Source: an uncultured archaeon (GTDB lineage Archaea; Nanohalarchaeota; Nanosalinia; Nanosalinales; Nanosalinaceae). Taken from it: a stretch of 64,000 bases of DNA. This document shows, piece by piece, positions 37,257 to 46,232 of the stretch (the first letter of the stretch is position 1; every line of letters begins with the position of its first letter). A program made the position numbers and the translations under genes. The stretch covers positions 64,001-128,000 of the forward strand of contig CAYQYU010000001.1 in NCBI GenBank assembly GCA_964421955.1, in the 5' to 3' direction. Under the pieces are notes generated by a model that worked only from the letters and a program-made list of their open reading frames with translations, had not been told where the DNA came from and did not search any database.

Positions 37257-38162
37257 TTATTCCTGATCTTCAACCACCAGGTAGAAATTCCGGGGGTTCT
37301 CCTTCACACCATAAGTTCCTTTACTGCTCTTCAGGCTGCCCTCATACGTCCTTATGTTCTCACCGTTCTCGTCGATAAAGTTTACAGAACCTTCTTCCTC
37401 TTCAATTCTAACTATGTCGTAATCCGACCAAGGATAGACCTCTACCATCATTATCCCCTCGTCCTCGGCCGCCTCTACGACTGCACCATCTACCAATATC
37501 CTGTCTTTCTCAAGCATGGTCTCCCGGATGCCCTCATATTCCATCCCAGTCTCCATCCCCTCTCTTACTTCAGAACCCATGCCGCTGTGGATCTCTCCCT
37601 GTTTCCGGGGAGTCATTATGGCCTGGTCGCTGCCGACTAGAATTGTCCTTCTTGAAGACCAATTCCTGTCATCGTATTCGCGTGAAGGCACCGCCAGCAT
37701 CCTGCCGTCGTCAAAGATCCGATCATCTATGTGTTCGTAAAGCTCGTCGAACCGTTTGGATTCCAGGACCATTTTCAGGCCCTCTGGTCTCCATGCCTTG
37801 GCCAGGTATCTTCCTGGCTCGCCCTCAATACAGAGCTTCGCCGGCCAGTAACCCTCATCGATTTCAGCAAACTCCTCGAGAACATCCTCGGGAGGGAAAA
37901 TACCGAAGTCGGCTCCGTTCGTAAAATCCCGGAGATCATAGAGAAGCTTTTCCTCCTCCATCTCTTTCCCAAAACTGCCAACAGCACTCCAGTAATGAAC
38001 GGATTCTCCTCCAACTCCTTTGATAGCGTCACCTTCTTCCAAGGACTCGAATACCTGGATATCCTCGTCTCCCCATGTACGCTTCAGTTCAAACTCGTTG
38101 AGTTCTTTAATCAGTTCATCTATTTCTTCAGATTCAGTTTCAGAGCTTGTGTCAGTGTCCAT
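37257..38162 (-). CDS. Hypothetical acidic protein
   Basis: 301-aa acidic ORF filling the gap; no recognised motif. Confidence 0.7.
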   Translation of the reverse strand: MDTDTSSETESEEIDELIKELNEFELKRTWGDEDIQVFESLEEGDAIKGVGGESVHYWSAVGSFGKEMEEEKLLYDLRDFTNGADFGIFPPEDVLEEFAEIDEGYWPAKLCIEGEPGRYLAKAWRPEGLKMVLESKRFDELYEHIDDRIFDDGRMLAVPSREYDDRNWSSRRTILVGSDQAIMTPRKQGEIHSGMGSEVREGMETGMEYEGIRETMLEKDRILVDGAVVEAAEDEGIMMVEVYPWSDYDIVRIEEEEGSVNFIDENGENIRTYEGSLKSSKGTYGVKENPRNFYLVVEDQE

Positions 38163-38267
38163 CCGTCTATATCAGTATCTTTTAATCGATATAAATCTGC
38201 TGACCCGGAGGATTAATGGTTTAAAAGAGTGCACTCCGGTTTCGTTTTATACAACCAGCGTTTCTAT

Positions 38268-38342
38268 AGCGGGGTAGAGCAGCCAGGAGTGCTCGTCGGG
38301 CTCATAACCCGGAGGTCCGTGGTTCAAATCCACGCCCCGCTA
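38268..38342 (+). tRNA. Initiator tRNA-Met(CAT)
   Basis: A1-U72 pair, GGG/CCC anticodon stem, CT-CAT-AA loop, TTCAAAT T-loop; TTTTATA box ~20 nt upstream. Confidence 0.95.
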
Positions 38343-38421
38343 AAACTTCTGAAAGTTTTATCATCATAAACCATTCAATGACTGGCTTTCAGCGCTTGAT
38401 CGAACTTAGCGCCTGAAGTTC

Positions 38422-38446
38422 GGTTCACTAATCCACGCCCCGCTAA
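38422..38446 (+). repeat. Direct repeat of tRNA-iMet 3' end
   Basis: GGTTCA(CT)AATCCACGCCCCGCTAA versus 38321..38343. Confidence 0.85.
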
Positions 38447-38571
38447 CGAACTTCTAGATTCGAAGACAGCGAGGTTTTCTGTAACCAGCAACCATTAGTT
38501 GCGGAAGTTTCGATCACTTTCAAATCATAGACCGGCGCCGTTTTAAATTCGAGTTTTTAGAATTTCTGGAC

Positions 38572-39003
38572 ATGATATCAGTATCTCATTTAATTTTTGG
38601 GCTTGCTCTGGCATATATTTTCGATAGGAGGCTTGTTACAGCGTCTATTTTCTCTATCGTGCCTGATTTCGATGTCACTTTTGACTTCCTTTATCCTTTT
38701 GTCCACCGAGGAATCATGCATTCGATGCTCGCCGCCGGTTTTTTCAGCCTCCTGACCTATATAGGGACTGAGGACCAGTTCTCGGCAGAAAGCTGCGCTA
38801 TAGGCTACATATCCCATCTTGCGCTCGACACTCTTACTCCTTCAGGCGTCCCGCTTCTCTTCCCTCTATCAAACAGTTTCTCGCTCTCCTTAACCTATGC
38901 AAACAGCCTAAAGTTTAATTCAGCGATAATAGCCCTTTCAGTAGGACTTATGCTTGTAAAGAAGAATACTGAGGTCTTCAGACCGTTTTTAAAAATTCTA
39001 TGA
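38572..39003 (+). CDS. YdjM/DUF457-like membrane-bound metal-dependent hydrolase
   Basis: SH...PDFD...HRGIMHS...SHLALD.LT..GVPLLFP. Confidence 0.85.
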   Translation: MISVSHLIFGLALAYIFDRRLVTASIFSIVPDFDVTFDFLYPFVHRGIMHSMLAAGFFSLLTYIGTEDQFSAESCAIGYISHLALDTLTPSGVPLLFPLSNSFSLSLTYANSLKFNSAIIALSVGLMLVKKNTEVFRPFLKIL

Positions 39004-39163
39004 GCTTTTCGAGGTTGTCTGGAACCCGATCCGTTAACTTAAATAAAGGTTGTGAAGAAGGAAATTGGTAAGGCGCAGCATCGAGACACTCGATGTTGCT
39101 AAAAGCAATATTTCTCGAGAGAGAAATTTGCGGGGGAAGGGACCAGATAGAGGGTCTCAATTA

Positions 39164-39517
39164 ATGGAGAAAATAGGAAACGTCATAATTCGGACGATGG
39201 AAGATCTGTCAGGCATAGCAACGAATGGCTCAGCCCATATAAGGATCAACAAGGATATATGCGAACCCGAGAAGTTCCGGCACCTCTTCAACCATTTCTC
39301 CCGCGGAACAATTCTTGAACGCCTGGACCTCAATGTCGAGCCTCTTGAAACACGGCTTAAATGCGGCTGCGGTCATGAAGAAGCAGTCAACGATGACCAT
39401 TCCGGATACAAGAAATGCCCTTCATGCGGCCGCTTCGCGGAAGTCCAGGACAACACCTACGAACTCGTGAGGCCGGATCCCTCCAAAGTAGGGAAGAGAA
39501 GAAGCATCCGGTTCTAG
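39164..39517 (+). CDS. HypA-like zinc-ribbon protein lacking the MHE motif
   Basis: F...SRGTILE...L.VE......CGCG...CPSCG pattern; likely start ATG 39164. Confidence 0.6.
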   Translation: MEKIGNVIIRTMEDLSGIATNGSAHIRINKDICEPEKFRHLFNHFSRGTILERLDLNVEPLETRLKCGCGHEEAVNDDHSGYKKCPSCGRFAEVQDNTYELVRPDPSKVGKRRSIRF

Positions 39518-39601
39518 AGCACACTTAAAAAATTCTCGCATCCTCCTCACTATATCCCATGTCGGTTAGCTCTGCTAACCGTCTCTTTGCTCAAAGTTTG
39601 T

Positions 39602-39735
39602 GGGCCGGTAGCTCAGTCTGGCAGAGCGCGAGGCTCTTAAACACCTCAAGTCTCCGCAGGAGACGAGGACCCAGAAAATCTCCGATTTTCGATAGAGATA
39701 CCTCGTCGTCGTGGGTTCAAATCCCATCCGGCCCG
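39602..39735 (+). tRNA. tRNA-Lys(CTT) with 60-nt intron at 37/38 (39640..39699)
   Basis: GGGCCGG/CCGGCCC acceptor, CGAGG/CCTCG stem, CT-CTT-A|A; CTCT pairs with intron AGAG (BHB central helix). Confidence 0.93.
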
Positions 39736-39749
39736 AGATTTGATATCCT

Positions 39750-39796
39750 CCAGAAAATCTTCGATTTTCGTCTGGGTTCAAATCCCATCCGGCCCG
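39750..39796 (+). repeat. Copy of tRNA-Lys intron hairpin plus tRNA 3' end
   Basis: 39750..39770 matches 39671..39691 at 20/21; 39773..39796 is identical to 39712..39735. Confidence 0.92.
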
Positions 39797-39831
39797 CATC
39801 TCTTTTACCATTTGATACCTAAATTCTGGTT

Positions 39832-40314
39832 ATGGCCGAGCTATTCACCTTGATCGCGGCGGCCCTAATGATTCTTGCGGTCGTCGGAAGCTTTGTACCC
39901 ATGATGCCCGGAGCGCTGCTTTCCATACTTGGTATCCTGGTCTACTGGTATGGCACAGGGTTCACACGTCCAAGCACATTTTTCCTGGTCGCCTTCATAC
40001 TAACCAGTATCTTTGCGGTGGCGATGGACTATTTTTCCGGCGTGATAGCAGCGAAGGCCGGAGGAGCATCCGCCCGGACATCTATCATAGCAGGAGCTGT
40101 TGGATTCCTGCTCTTCTTCGTGCTCGGCCCTCTCGGTATCCTGTTAGGAGTGGTGGGAACCGTGTTCATCCGGCAATACCTCCTCACCGGAGAGAAAGAC
40201 CGGAGTCTCAGGACCGCGGCCTATTCTGCCGCCGGCGTACTTGGATCCGCAATAATCCAGTTCCTGGTGACCGTATCGCTCCTGGTGGCTTTCCTGATTA
40301 CTCTCGTAGTCTAG
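39832..40314 (+). CDS. DUF456-family membrane protein
   Basis: GSFVPMMPG...DYFSG...AKAGGAS...GPLGILLG pattern. Confidence 0.85.
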   Translation: MAELFTLIAAALMILAVVGSFVPMMPGALLSILGILVYWYGTGFTRPSTFFLVAFILTSIFAVAMDYFSGVIAAKAGGASARTSIIAGAVGFLLFFVLGPLGILLGVVGTVFIRQYLLTGEKDRSLRTAAYSAAGVLGSAIIQFLVTVSLLVAFLITLVV

Positions 40315-40351
40315 AGAAAAACTATTATCTTACAGCCGGGAAAAATGATCT

Positions 40352-40843
40352 ATGGAGACCCCGGAATCAGAATTCGAGGCAGTTGCCACTCTCTGTTACA
40401 TCATAGAAGACGGCCGAGTGCTCTTAATCTACAAGAAACGCGGAATTGGAGAAGGACTGTATAACGGGCCTGGCGGCAAAGTAGAGCAACATGATGATTC
40501 CCCGAGAGAGGCAGCGAAAAGAGAGGTGAAAGAAGAGGTCAGGGTTGAGGTCGAAGATCTGGAGAAGGTCGGGGAACTCGAGTTCTACTTTGGAGACAGA
40601 CCATTCATGTATGGACATATTTTCAAGACCTCTGAATACGAAGGTGAACCAGAAGAAACTGAAGAGGCGCGGCCGGAATGGTTCGAGATTGGATCACTAC
40701 CCTACGACCAGATGTGGGAAGACGACCGCTACTGGATGCCCAAGATGTTCAACGGCAAGAAAATCAAAGCGAAGTTCCAGTTTGACGAAGACGGTGACGA
40801 ATTTTACTGGGAGAAATCCGCCATCGGAAAGGCCAGCTTCTAG
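40352..40843 (+). CDS. Nudix hydrolase, 8-oxo-dGTPase (MTH1-like)
   Basis: KKRGIGEGLYNGPGGK, AAKREVKEE Nudix box, PYDQMWEDDRYW. Confidence 0.9.
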   Translation: METPESEFEAVATLCYIIEDGRVLLIYKKRGIGEGLYNGPGGKVEQHDDSPREAAKREVKEEVRVEVEDLEKVGELEFYFGDRPFMYGHIFKTSEYEGEPEETEEARPEWFEIGSLPYDQMWEDDRYWMPKMFNGKKIKAKFQFDEDGDEFYWEKSAIGKASF

Positions 40844-42771
40844 ACCATTTTCTCCGGGAAACCATTTACCTTTGTCTCGTATTCGCCGCCTTCGCCCGCG
40901 GCATTGAAACCGTATTCACGGGAGAGATCGATCAATTCCTCCACAGACTCCTCATCAAGGACTCTTCTCTCCCAGCTTTCTTCCAGTCCGCGTGCCGCGA
41001 CCGAGGTAATCTCGACTTCAAAGCCTTCTCTCACAAGCCACCTCATGTAGTGTTCCTGATCTTCCTGCCAGAGCGGTGCGAAGACCTTCAGGCCAATTTT
41101 TTCCGCAACTTTCTCGACCCGGTCCCTCTGGTAGGTCGATGCGAGAGCTCCTGCAACAACTCCTTCGACATCGTATTCCTCTCTGGCCTTTCTCAGGACT
41201 TTTTCCAGGTCTTCCAGCTCTTCTTCTTTCTCTCCCTCCGTTTCCTGGACTACTAGAGGGATACCCAGTTCCCCCGCCTGTCTCTCGAGTTCTGAAAGTT
41301 GTTTCTTCGAGTCGAACATGTAGCTGTCCCTGTTCTCCGACCGGAGTGTCACCAGGCAGGCGATCTCATTGTTGCGGCGGCGCATCCTGTAAAGTGCGGC
41401 ATTCGAATCTTTGCCCCCAGAGGTCAACACAGCTAAACGGTGATTTGGCTCCTCTCTCAGCGAGTTGAGATACCCCTGCTTGGAATCGAAGCCATTATCT
41501 TTTGCGAGCCTCTCGACCGCCTTGTCGAAGTTGCTTCCATACTGGGCTGCGGTCTTCTCCCTCCAGGCCACGTCTTCAGGCACCCCCAGCTCCTCAGCCG
41601 CCTTCCTCAAAACGTATTTCCGGTAGCCCTCCTTCATCTTGTAATCCTCCGGAACCATAAGTGCGTGCTCCACCAGGTCGTGGTCAAGGAATAGAACCCT
41701 GAGTTCGTAGCTGTTCCTCATAGACACGACATCGTCCCTGTAAAGGTCGCGATGGAAAAGCGACCTCAGTCCCGAGAGACATTCGCGGTTCAGGTAGTTC
41801 TCCATTCTCGAGTACCCGGCGTAGAGCTGCTCCGACCCCAGGCCAGACATCACAACTTTCTCGTCGCCGTTCAAGGCCAGGTGGAACGGTAGCGCCACTC
41901 CCAGCTTCACTACCGATGTTGAAGAGATCCAGTCCGCAAGTCTAGGTAGCACAGTCTCGACCTCTTCAAGCGAGGCATCGTAACTCCTGAGTTCCAATTC
42001 CATCTCTTCAGCAACTTTCTCCGCCCATTCTGTATCTCTGGGCGCATCAACATTACCGTGTTGTATTCCGGCAGTGTAGCAGGTGAAATCTCTCTCGAGT
42101 TCCTTTAGTGCGGCCGCAACCATAGTGGAGTCCACTCCGCCTGAGAACAATAATGCAAGTTCTCCATCTGGAACTCGTTTCTCAACTGCCTCCAGGAATT
42201 TTTCCTTTATCTCCTCGGCAGCCTCTTCTATACTTTTACCTTCTTTGACATCTGTCTCGAAGAACTCTCGCTTCCGGAAGCTTAATTCTCCTGACTCTAT
42301 ATCGTACCTGAGTACCAGTCGTGGATGTAGCTCCTGGGCCTCCAGGCCTTCCTTTTCCAGCGCCTGTTTCTCGGAGGCGAAGGCAAAAGGCTTCCTGGAA
42401 TACCAGACAGGTTTCACCCCCAGGAGGTCACGGGCCAGTATAACCTCTCCATTATTAAAATAGGCGAAAGCATAGACACCATCAAGCAACTCAAGCGCAT
42501 CTTTACCCCTGGCTTCGAGCAGCTCCAGGAGGAGTTCAGCGTCATTTCTTACATCCAGGCTGTATTCTTCCGCTAGCTCCTGCCAGTTGTATATCTCGCA
42601 GTTCGCCACCAGCGTTCCTTCTCTCTGGAGAGGCTGTTCGACATCTCCCACAACAGGATGAAGCACATGACCCAGCGGAAATTCGCCGCCATCAATTTTG
42701 CTGGAGCCACCCCTGTGTTTGAGGTGCTTCGCCAGTTTCTCTGCCTTTTCGCCACCCGTTATGCCGCACAT
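40840..42771 (-). CDS. Fusion of AsnB-like asparagine synthetase and diphthine-ammonia ligase (Dph6)
   Basis: MCGI N-terminal Cys, ANCEIYN, LFSGGVDS; C-terminal SGGKDS, SYMF, PLW, GEGGEYET. Confidence 0.88.
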   Translation of the reverse strand: MCGITGGEKAEKLAKHLKHRGGSSKIDGGEFPLGHVLHPVVGDVEQPLQREGTLVANCEIYNWQELAEEYSLDVRNDAELLLELLEARGKDALELLDGVYAFAYFNNGEVILARDLLGVKPVWYSRKPFAFASEKQALEKEGLEAQELHPRLVLRYDIESGELSFRKREFFETDVKEGKSIEEAAEEIKEKFLEAVEKRVPDGELALLFSGGVDSTMVAAALKELERDFTCYTAGIQHGNVDAPRDTEWAEKVAEEMELELRSYDASLEEVETVLPRLADWISSTSVVKLGVALPFHLALNGDEKVVMSGLGSEQLYAGYSRMENYLNRECLSGLRSLFHRDLYRDDVVSMRNSYELRVLFLDHDLVEHALMVPEDYKMKEGYRKYVLRKAAEELGVPEDVAWREKTAAQYGSNFDKAVERLAKDNGFDSKQGYLNSLREEPNHRLAVLTSGGKDSNAALYRMRRRNNEIACLVTLRSENRDSYMFDSKKQLSELERQAGELGIPLVVQETEGEKEEELEDLEKVLRKAREEYDVEGVVAGALASTYQRDRVEKVAEKIGLKVFAPLWQEDQEHYMRWLVREGFEVEITSVAARGLEESWERRVLDEESVEELIDLSREYGFNAAGEGGEYETKVNGFPEKMV

Positions 42772-42806
42772 GATCTAGAAAAAGGGTTGAAGCTTTTTGT
42801 AGCAAA

Positions 42807-43595
42807 TCACTCCGCACTATAATCTGGACCGAAGTCGCTGATCTCTCGCTGGGACCTGTCGAGAGCCTCGTAACTTGCGATCACGTCCTCCATCTCGACC
42901 TCGACAAATTCGAGATCGCGGTCCTCAAGATATGCGAGCACTTTTTCAGTCATCTTCGGCGCAACCAGAATGCCACGGATGTCTCCCCGGAACTCCTCTT
43001 CTATCTCATCCACGTAGCGCTGGAGCTGGAGGACGGTGTTGTAGTCAGGGTTTCTCTTGACCTCTATTACAACGTAGTTGTCGCTCTCGTCGCGGGCGAA
43101 AACATCTATGAAGCCAGCAGGTGTCTCTCGCTCCCTCTCGATCACTTTCAGGCCATCCTCGACTATCTCCGGTTTCTCCTCTATTGACTCATGGATATCC
43201 ACTTCGTGGCCACGAATCTTCAGCTCAGACCTGTCGACCATTTTGTCGACAGAGAGAAAATCAATCTCCTCAAACCTTATCTCGACAAGTTCCTCGGGAC
43301 TGGAACGCCGGGCCTCAACTACAAGCTCGCCGTATTCCTCATCCACCTTTACATTCCAGGAGTCGACCTCGGGCTGCCAGTTCTTCGGCTGGTAGTTGTC
43401 AGGGCCATGGACGAGTAACGCAGAGTCCTGCTTCTTGATGACGATGCGTTCTCCTCTATCCAGTTTCGACTTCGCGCGGCCCTGGTAGTTCACTGAGCAT
43501 AGACCGTTGACCTGGACCGTGTACTTGCGGGAGAGGTATTCTTGCAGCATCCGCTGGGCCTCCTCAAAATCTGGCTCTCGAGCGAACTCTTCCAT
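42807..43595 (-). CDS. nucS: Mismatch endonuclease NucS/EndoMS
   Basis: CSVNYQGRAKS, PKNWQP, GFIDVFARD...VIEVKR, QLQRY. Confidence 0.93.
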   Translation of the reverse strand: MEEFAREPDFEEAQRMLQEYLSRKYTVQVNGLCSVNYQGRAKSKLDRGERIVIKKQDSALLVHGPDNYQPKNWQPEVDSWNVKVDEEYGELVVEARRSSPEELVEIRFEEIDFLSVDKMVDRSELKIRGHEVDIHESIEEKPEIVEDGLKVIERERETPAGFIDVFARDESDNYVVIEVKRNPDYNTVLQLQRYVDEIEEEFRGDIRGILVAPKMTEKVLAYLEDRDLEFVEVEMEDVIASYEALDRSQREISDFGPDYSAE

Positions 43596-43664
43596 GCCTC
43601 TGGGATGCCGGGGGAATTTTTTAGCTGTAACCTTTAACTTTCCAGGAGATCAAAACCACAATTT

Positions 43665-44336
43665 ATGGATTACAGGATCAAAGACCTACCTCAGGAAGAG
43701 CGGCCAAGAGAAAAACTGGAGAAACACGGCGCATCTTCACTTACAGAGGTTGAGCTTCTCTCAATCGTGTTAAGAACGGGAATTCCCGGCAAAAATGTGA
43801 AGGAGCTGGCTGGCGAGATACTGAACAGTTACTCCCTGCAGAATCTGGCAAACCGATCGCTTGAGGACCTGAAGGGCTTCGAAGGCGTATCAAAAGTGAA
43901 GGCCGGACAGCTCAAAGCAGTGGGAGAACTCGCGAGAAGAATGCAGGTCGAGAAAAGGGAGAGGATTGAGTCCTTCTCAGACGTGAAAGCCAGAGTGGAG
44001 GATATGAAGTATCTCGAAGAGGAGCGGCTGCGTGTCTTCTACCTATCCTCAGGGAATGAGATTTTATCTGAAGAGAATTTCGAAGGCGGCATTGATTCGG
44101 TCAACATCGACTTCCGGAAACTGTTCCGGGAGGCCATAGGCTCAGGTGCATCCGCGGTAGTCTTGACACATAACCACCCCTCCGGAAACCCGGACCCAAC
44201 CCCACAGGATATCGAGGTCACAGAAGAGCTGATCGAGGCCGGAAACAGGCTCGGAATAAAGGTGCTGGATCACGTAATTATCGGAGAAACCGCCTCAAGC
44301 ATGAAGGCCTCTGGAGCCGCAGATTTCACGTCCTAG
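43665..44336 (+). CDS. radC: RadC-family JAB domain protein
   Basis: ERPREKL...ELLSIVLRTG, HNHPSGNPDPTPQD, LDHVII. Confidence 0.93.
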   Translation: MDYRIKDLPQEERPREKLEKHGASSLTEVELLSIVLRTGIPGKNVKELAGEILNSYSLQNLANRSLEDLKGFEGVSKVKAGQLKAVGELARRMQVEKRERIESFSDVKARVEDMKYLEEERLRVFYLSSGNEILSEENFEGGIDSVNIDFRKLFREAIGSGASAVVLTHNHPSGNPDPTPQDIEVTEELIEAGNRLGIKVLDHVIIGETASSMKASGAADFTS

Positions 44337-44435
44337 ACACCCCCTTTAATACCTTTCGGTTAGACGTCACCACCTATTTAAAGATTACCCGTGTCTTGGT
44401 AGTTGTAGCTTTCTCAGGGAGGGATTCAAAAATAG

Positions 44436-44672
44436 ATGGCCATGGACATAACCGACCACGAAGCAGTTCCGGAACACAGGAAACTTGATGAAGAAGAAAC
44501 CGAGGAAGTGCTTGAGAAGTACGGTGCGTCCCGAGACGACCTCCCAAAGATTCAGAGGACAGATGCCGCACTGAAGCAGATGGATGCCGAGGTCGGCGAC
44601 ATTATAGAGATCCAGAGATCAAGTCCAACAGCGGGAGAAACCACCTATTATAGAGTGGTTGTAGAAGGGTGA
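44436..44672 (+). CDS. rpoH: RNA polymerase subunit Rpo5 (H)
   Basis: H.AVPEH, LPKI..TD, SPTAG..YYRVV. Confidence 0.95.
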   Translation: MAMDITDHEAVPEHRKLDEEETEEVLEKYGASRDDLPKIQRTDAALKQMDAEVGDIIEIQRSSPTAGETTYYRVVVEG

Positions 44673-44679
44673 ATAAAGA

Positions 44680-46137
44680 ATGCAAGAAGAATTCCTCTCA
44701 CAGCTTATAGAACAGAATCTCGTAAAACATCAGATTGATTCTTACAACCGGTTTGTAGAAGAGCGGATCCAGTCAATTCTTAACGAGGTCGGAGAAATCA
44801 AGCCTGACCTTCCCGAGGGAGAGGAGCTTGTAATAAAGATAGTTGATGTCGATGTCAAGCGACCACATATTAACGAGGCCGACGGATCGGTAAGAAGGAT
44901 CACGCCTAAAGAGGCGAGGATGCGTGACCTGACCTATTCTTCCGAGATCAAGGTTACGATGACCCCAATTTTCGAGGGGGTGCAGCAGGAGAGCGAGGAA
45001 GTTACCATCGGACGTATTCCGGTGATGGTCGGAAGCGACCTGTGCTGGACTGCCGACATGACAGAGGAAGAACTGAGGGAAGCGGGCGAAGACCCCGATG
45101 ATCCCGAGGGATATTTCATAATTAACGGTTCCGAGAAGACAATTATCGCGATGGAAGAGTTCGCGAACAATAAGCCGGTTTACCAGCAGGACGATGATGA
45201 GCAGATCTGCCGCATCAATTCGGAGCAGAGCGGTTACGTACAGCGACATGTTCTGAGGCGAGACGACGACATTGTCAACATTTCATTCGCGAACGTCAAG
45301 AAGACGCCGGCGGTTGCACTTGTCAGAGCTCTTGGCTACGAGACCGACCAGGAGATCGTCGAGGCGATCGGTGAAGAGTACGCCAGCGATATCTATCTGA
45401 ATATGTATGAAACTGATGCCAGCAACCAGGAAGAGGCCTACGAGTACGTTGCGAACAAGGCAGGGATCACCTCGGATATTGAAGAGCGGGTCGAAAGCAT
45501 TCTCGACGAGTACCTTCTGCCGCACCTGGGACAGGATCCGGAGTTCCGGGACGAGAAAGCGCAGTTCCTCGCGAACCTGATAAGAAATACTATAGCGCTC
45601 GGAAAGGGTGACATCGAGCAGGACGACATGGACCACTACGCTAACAAGAGGCTGAACCTTGCAGGAGAGCTACTCGAGATGCAGTTCAGGAGCGTCTTCC
45701 TCGGGAAATGGGGTCTGCTCGCACGCATGAAGTATAACTTCCGTAAATCTGCTAAGCGAGGTAGACTGCCTTCACTCCAGTCCACGATTGTCGCGGACAC
45801 ACTTACGAAGCAGATAATGGGTGCGATGGCGACAGGTAACTGGGTCGGGGGCCGCACAGGAATCTGCCAGAGACTCGACCGCGGAAACAGGATCAAGACC
45901 CTTTCCCACATGAGGAATATTGTGTCGCCGCTGTCAAGCGAAAGACAGCACTTTGAGGCACGTGATCTCCACCCGACACAGTGGGGGCGTGTCTGCCCTA
46001 TCAAGACACCGGAAGGTATGAACATCGGACTAAGAACCTACCTTGCTATGAGTGCCAACGTCTCCACGGGAATGAGCGAGATGGAGCGAAACTCCCTTAG
46101 AGCAAAACTGGAAGAAGAGGGTCTCGAAGCCCGGTAA
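44680..46137 (+). CDS. rpoB2: RNA polymerase subunit B'' (Rpo2N)
   Basis: QIDSYNRF, EARMRDLTYS, GYFIING, DHYANKRL, ARDLHPTQWGRVCP.KTPEG. Confidence 0.95.
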   Translation: MQEEFLSQLIEQNLVKHQIDSYNRFVEERIQSILNEVGEIKPDLPEGEELVIKIVDVDVKRPHINEADGSVRRITPKEARMRDLTYSSEIKVTMTPIFEGVQQESEEVTIGRIPVMVGSDLCWTADMTEEELREAGEDPDDPEGYFIINGSEKTIIAMEEFANNKPVYQQDDDEQICRINSEQSGYVQRHVLRRDDDIVNISFANVKKTPAVALVRALGYETDQEIVEAIGEEYASDIYLNMYETDASNQEEAYEYVANKAGITSDIEERVESILDEYLLPHLGQDPEFRDEKAQFLANLIRNTIALGKGDIEQDDMDHYANKRLNLAGELLEMQFRSVFLGKWGLLARMKYNFRKSAKRGRLPSLQSTIVADTLTKQIMGAMATGNWVGGRTGICQRLDRGNRIKTLSHMRNIVSPLSSERQHFEARDLHPTQWGRVCPIKTPEGMNIGLRTYLAMSANVSTGMSEMERNSLRAKLEEEGLEAR

Positions 46138-46232
46138 ACTGATACTATGATAATGAACCCAAACCTCGAAACAAAGGTCACTTCGCCGCAGGCGAATGTG
46201 GCACAGATGATGAAACTCTCTAGGTGAGTTTC

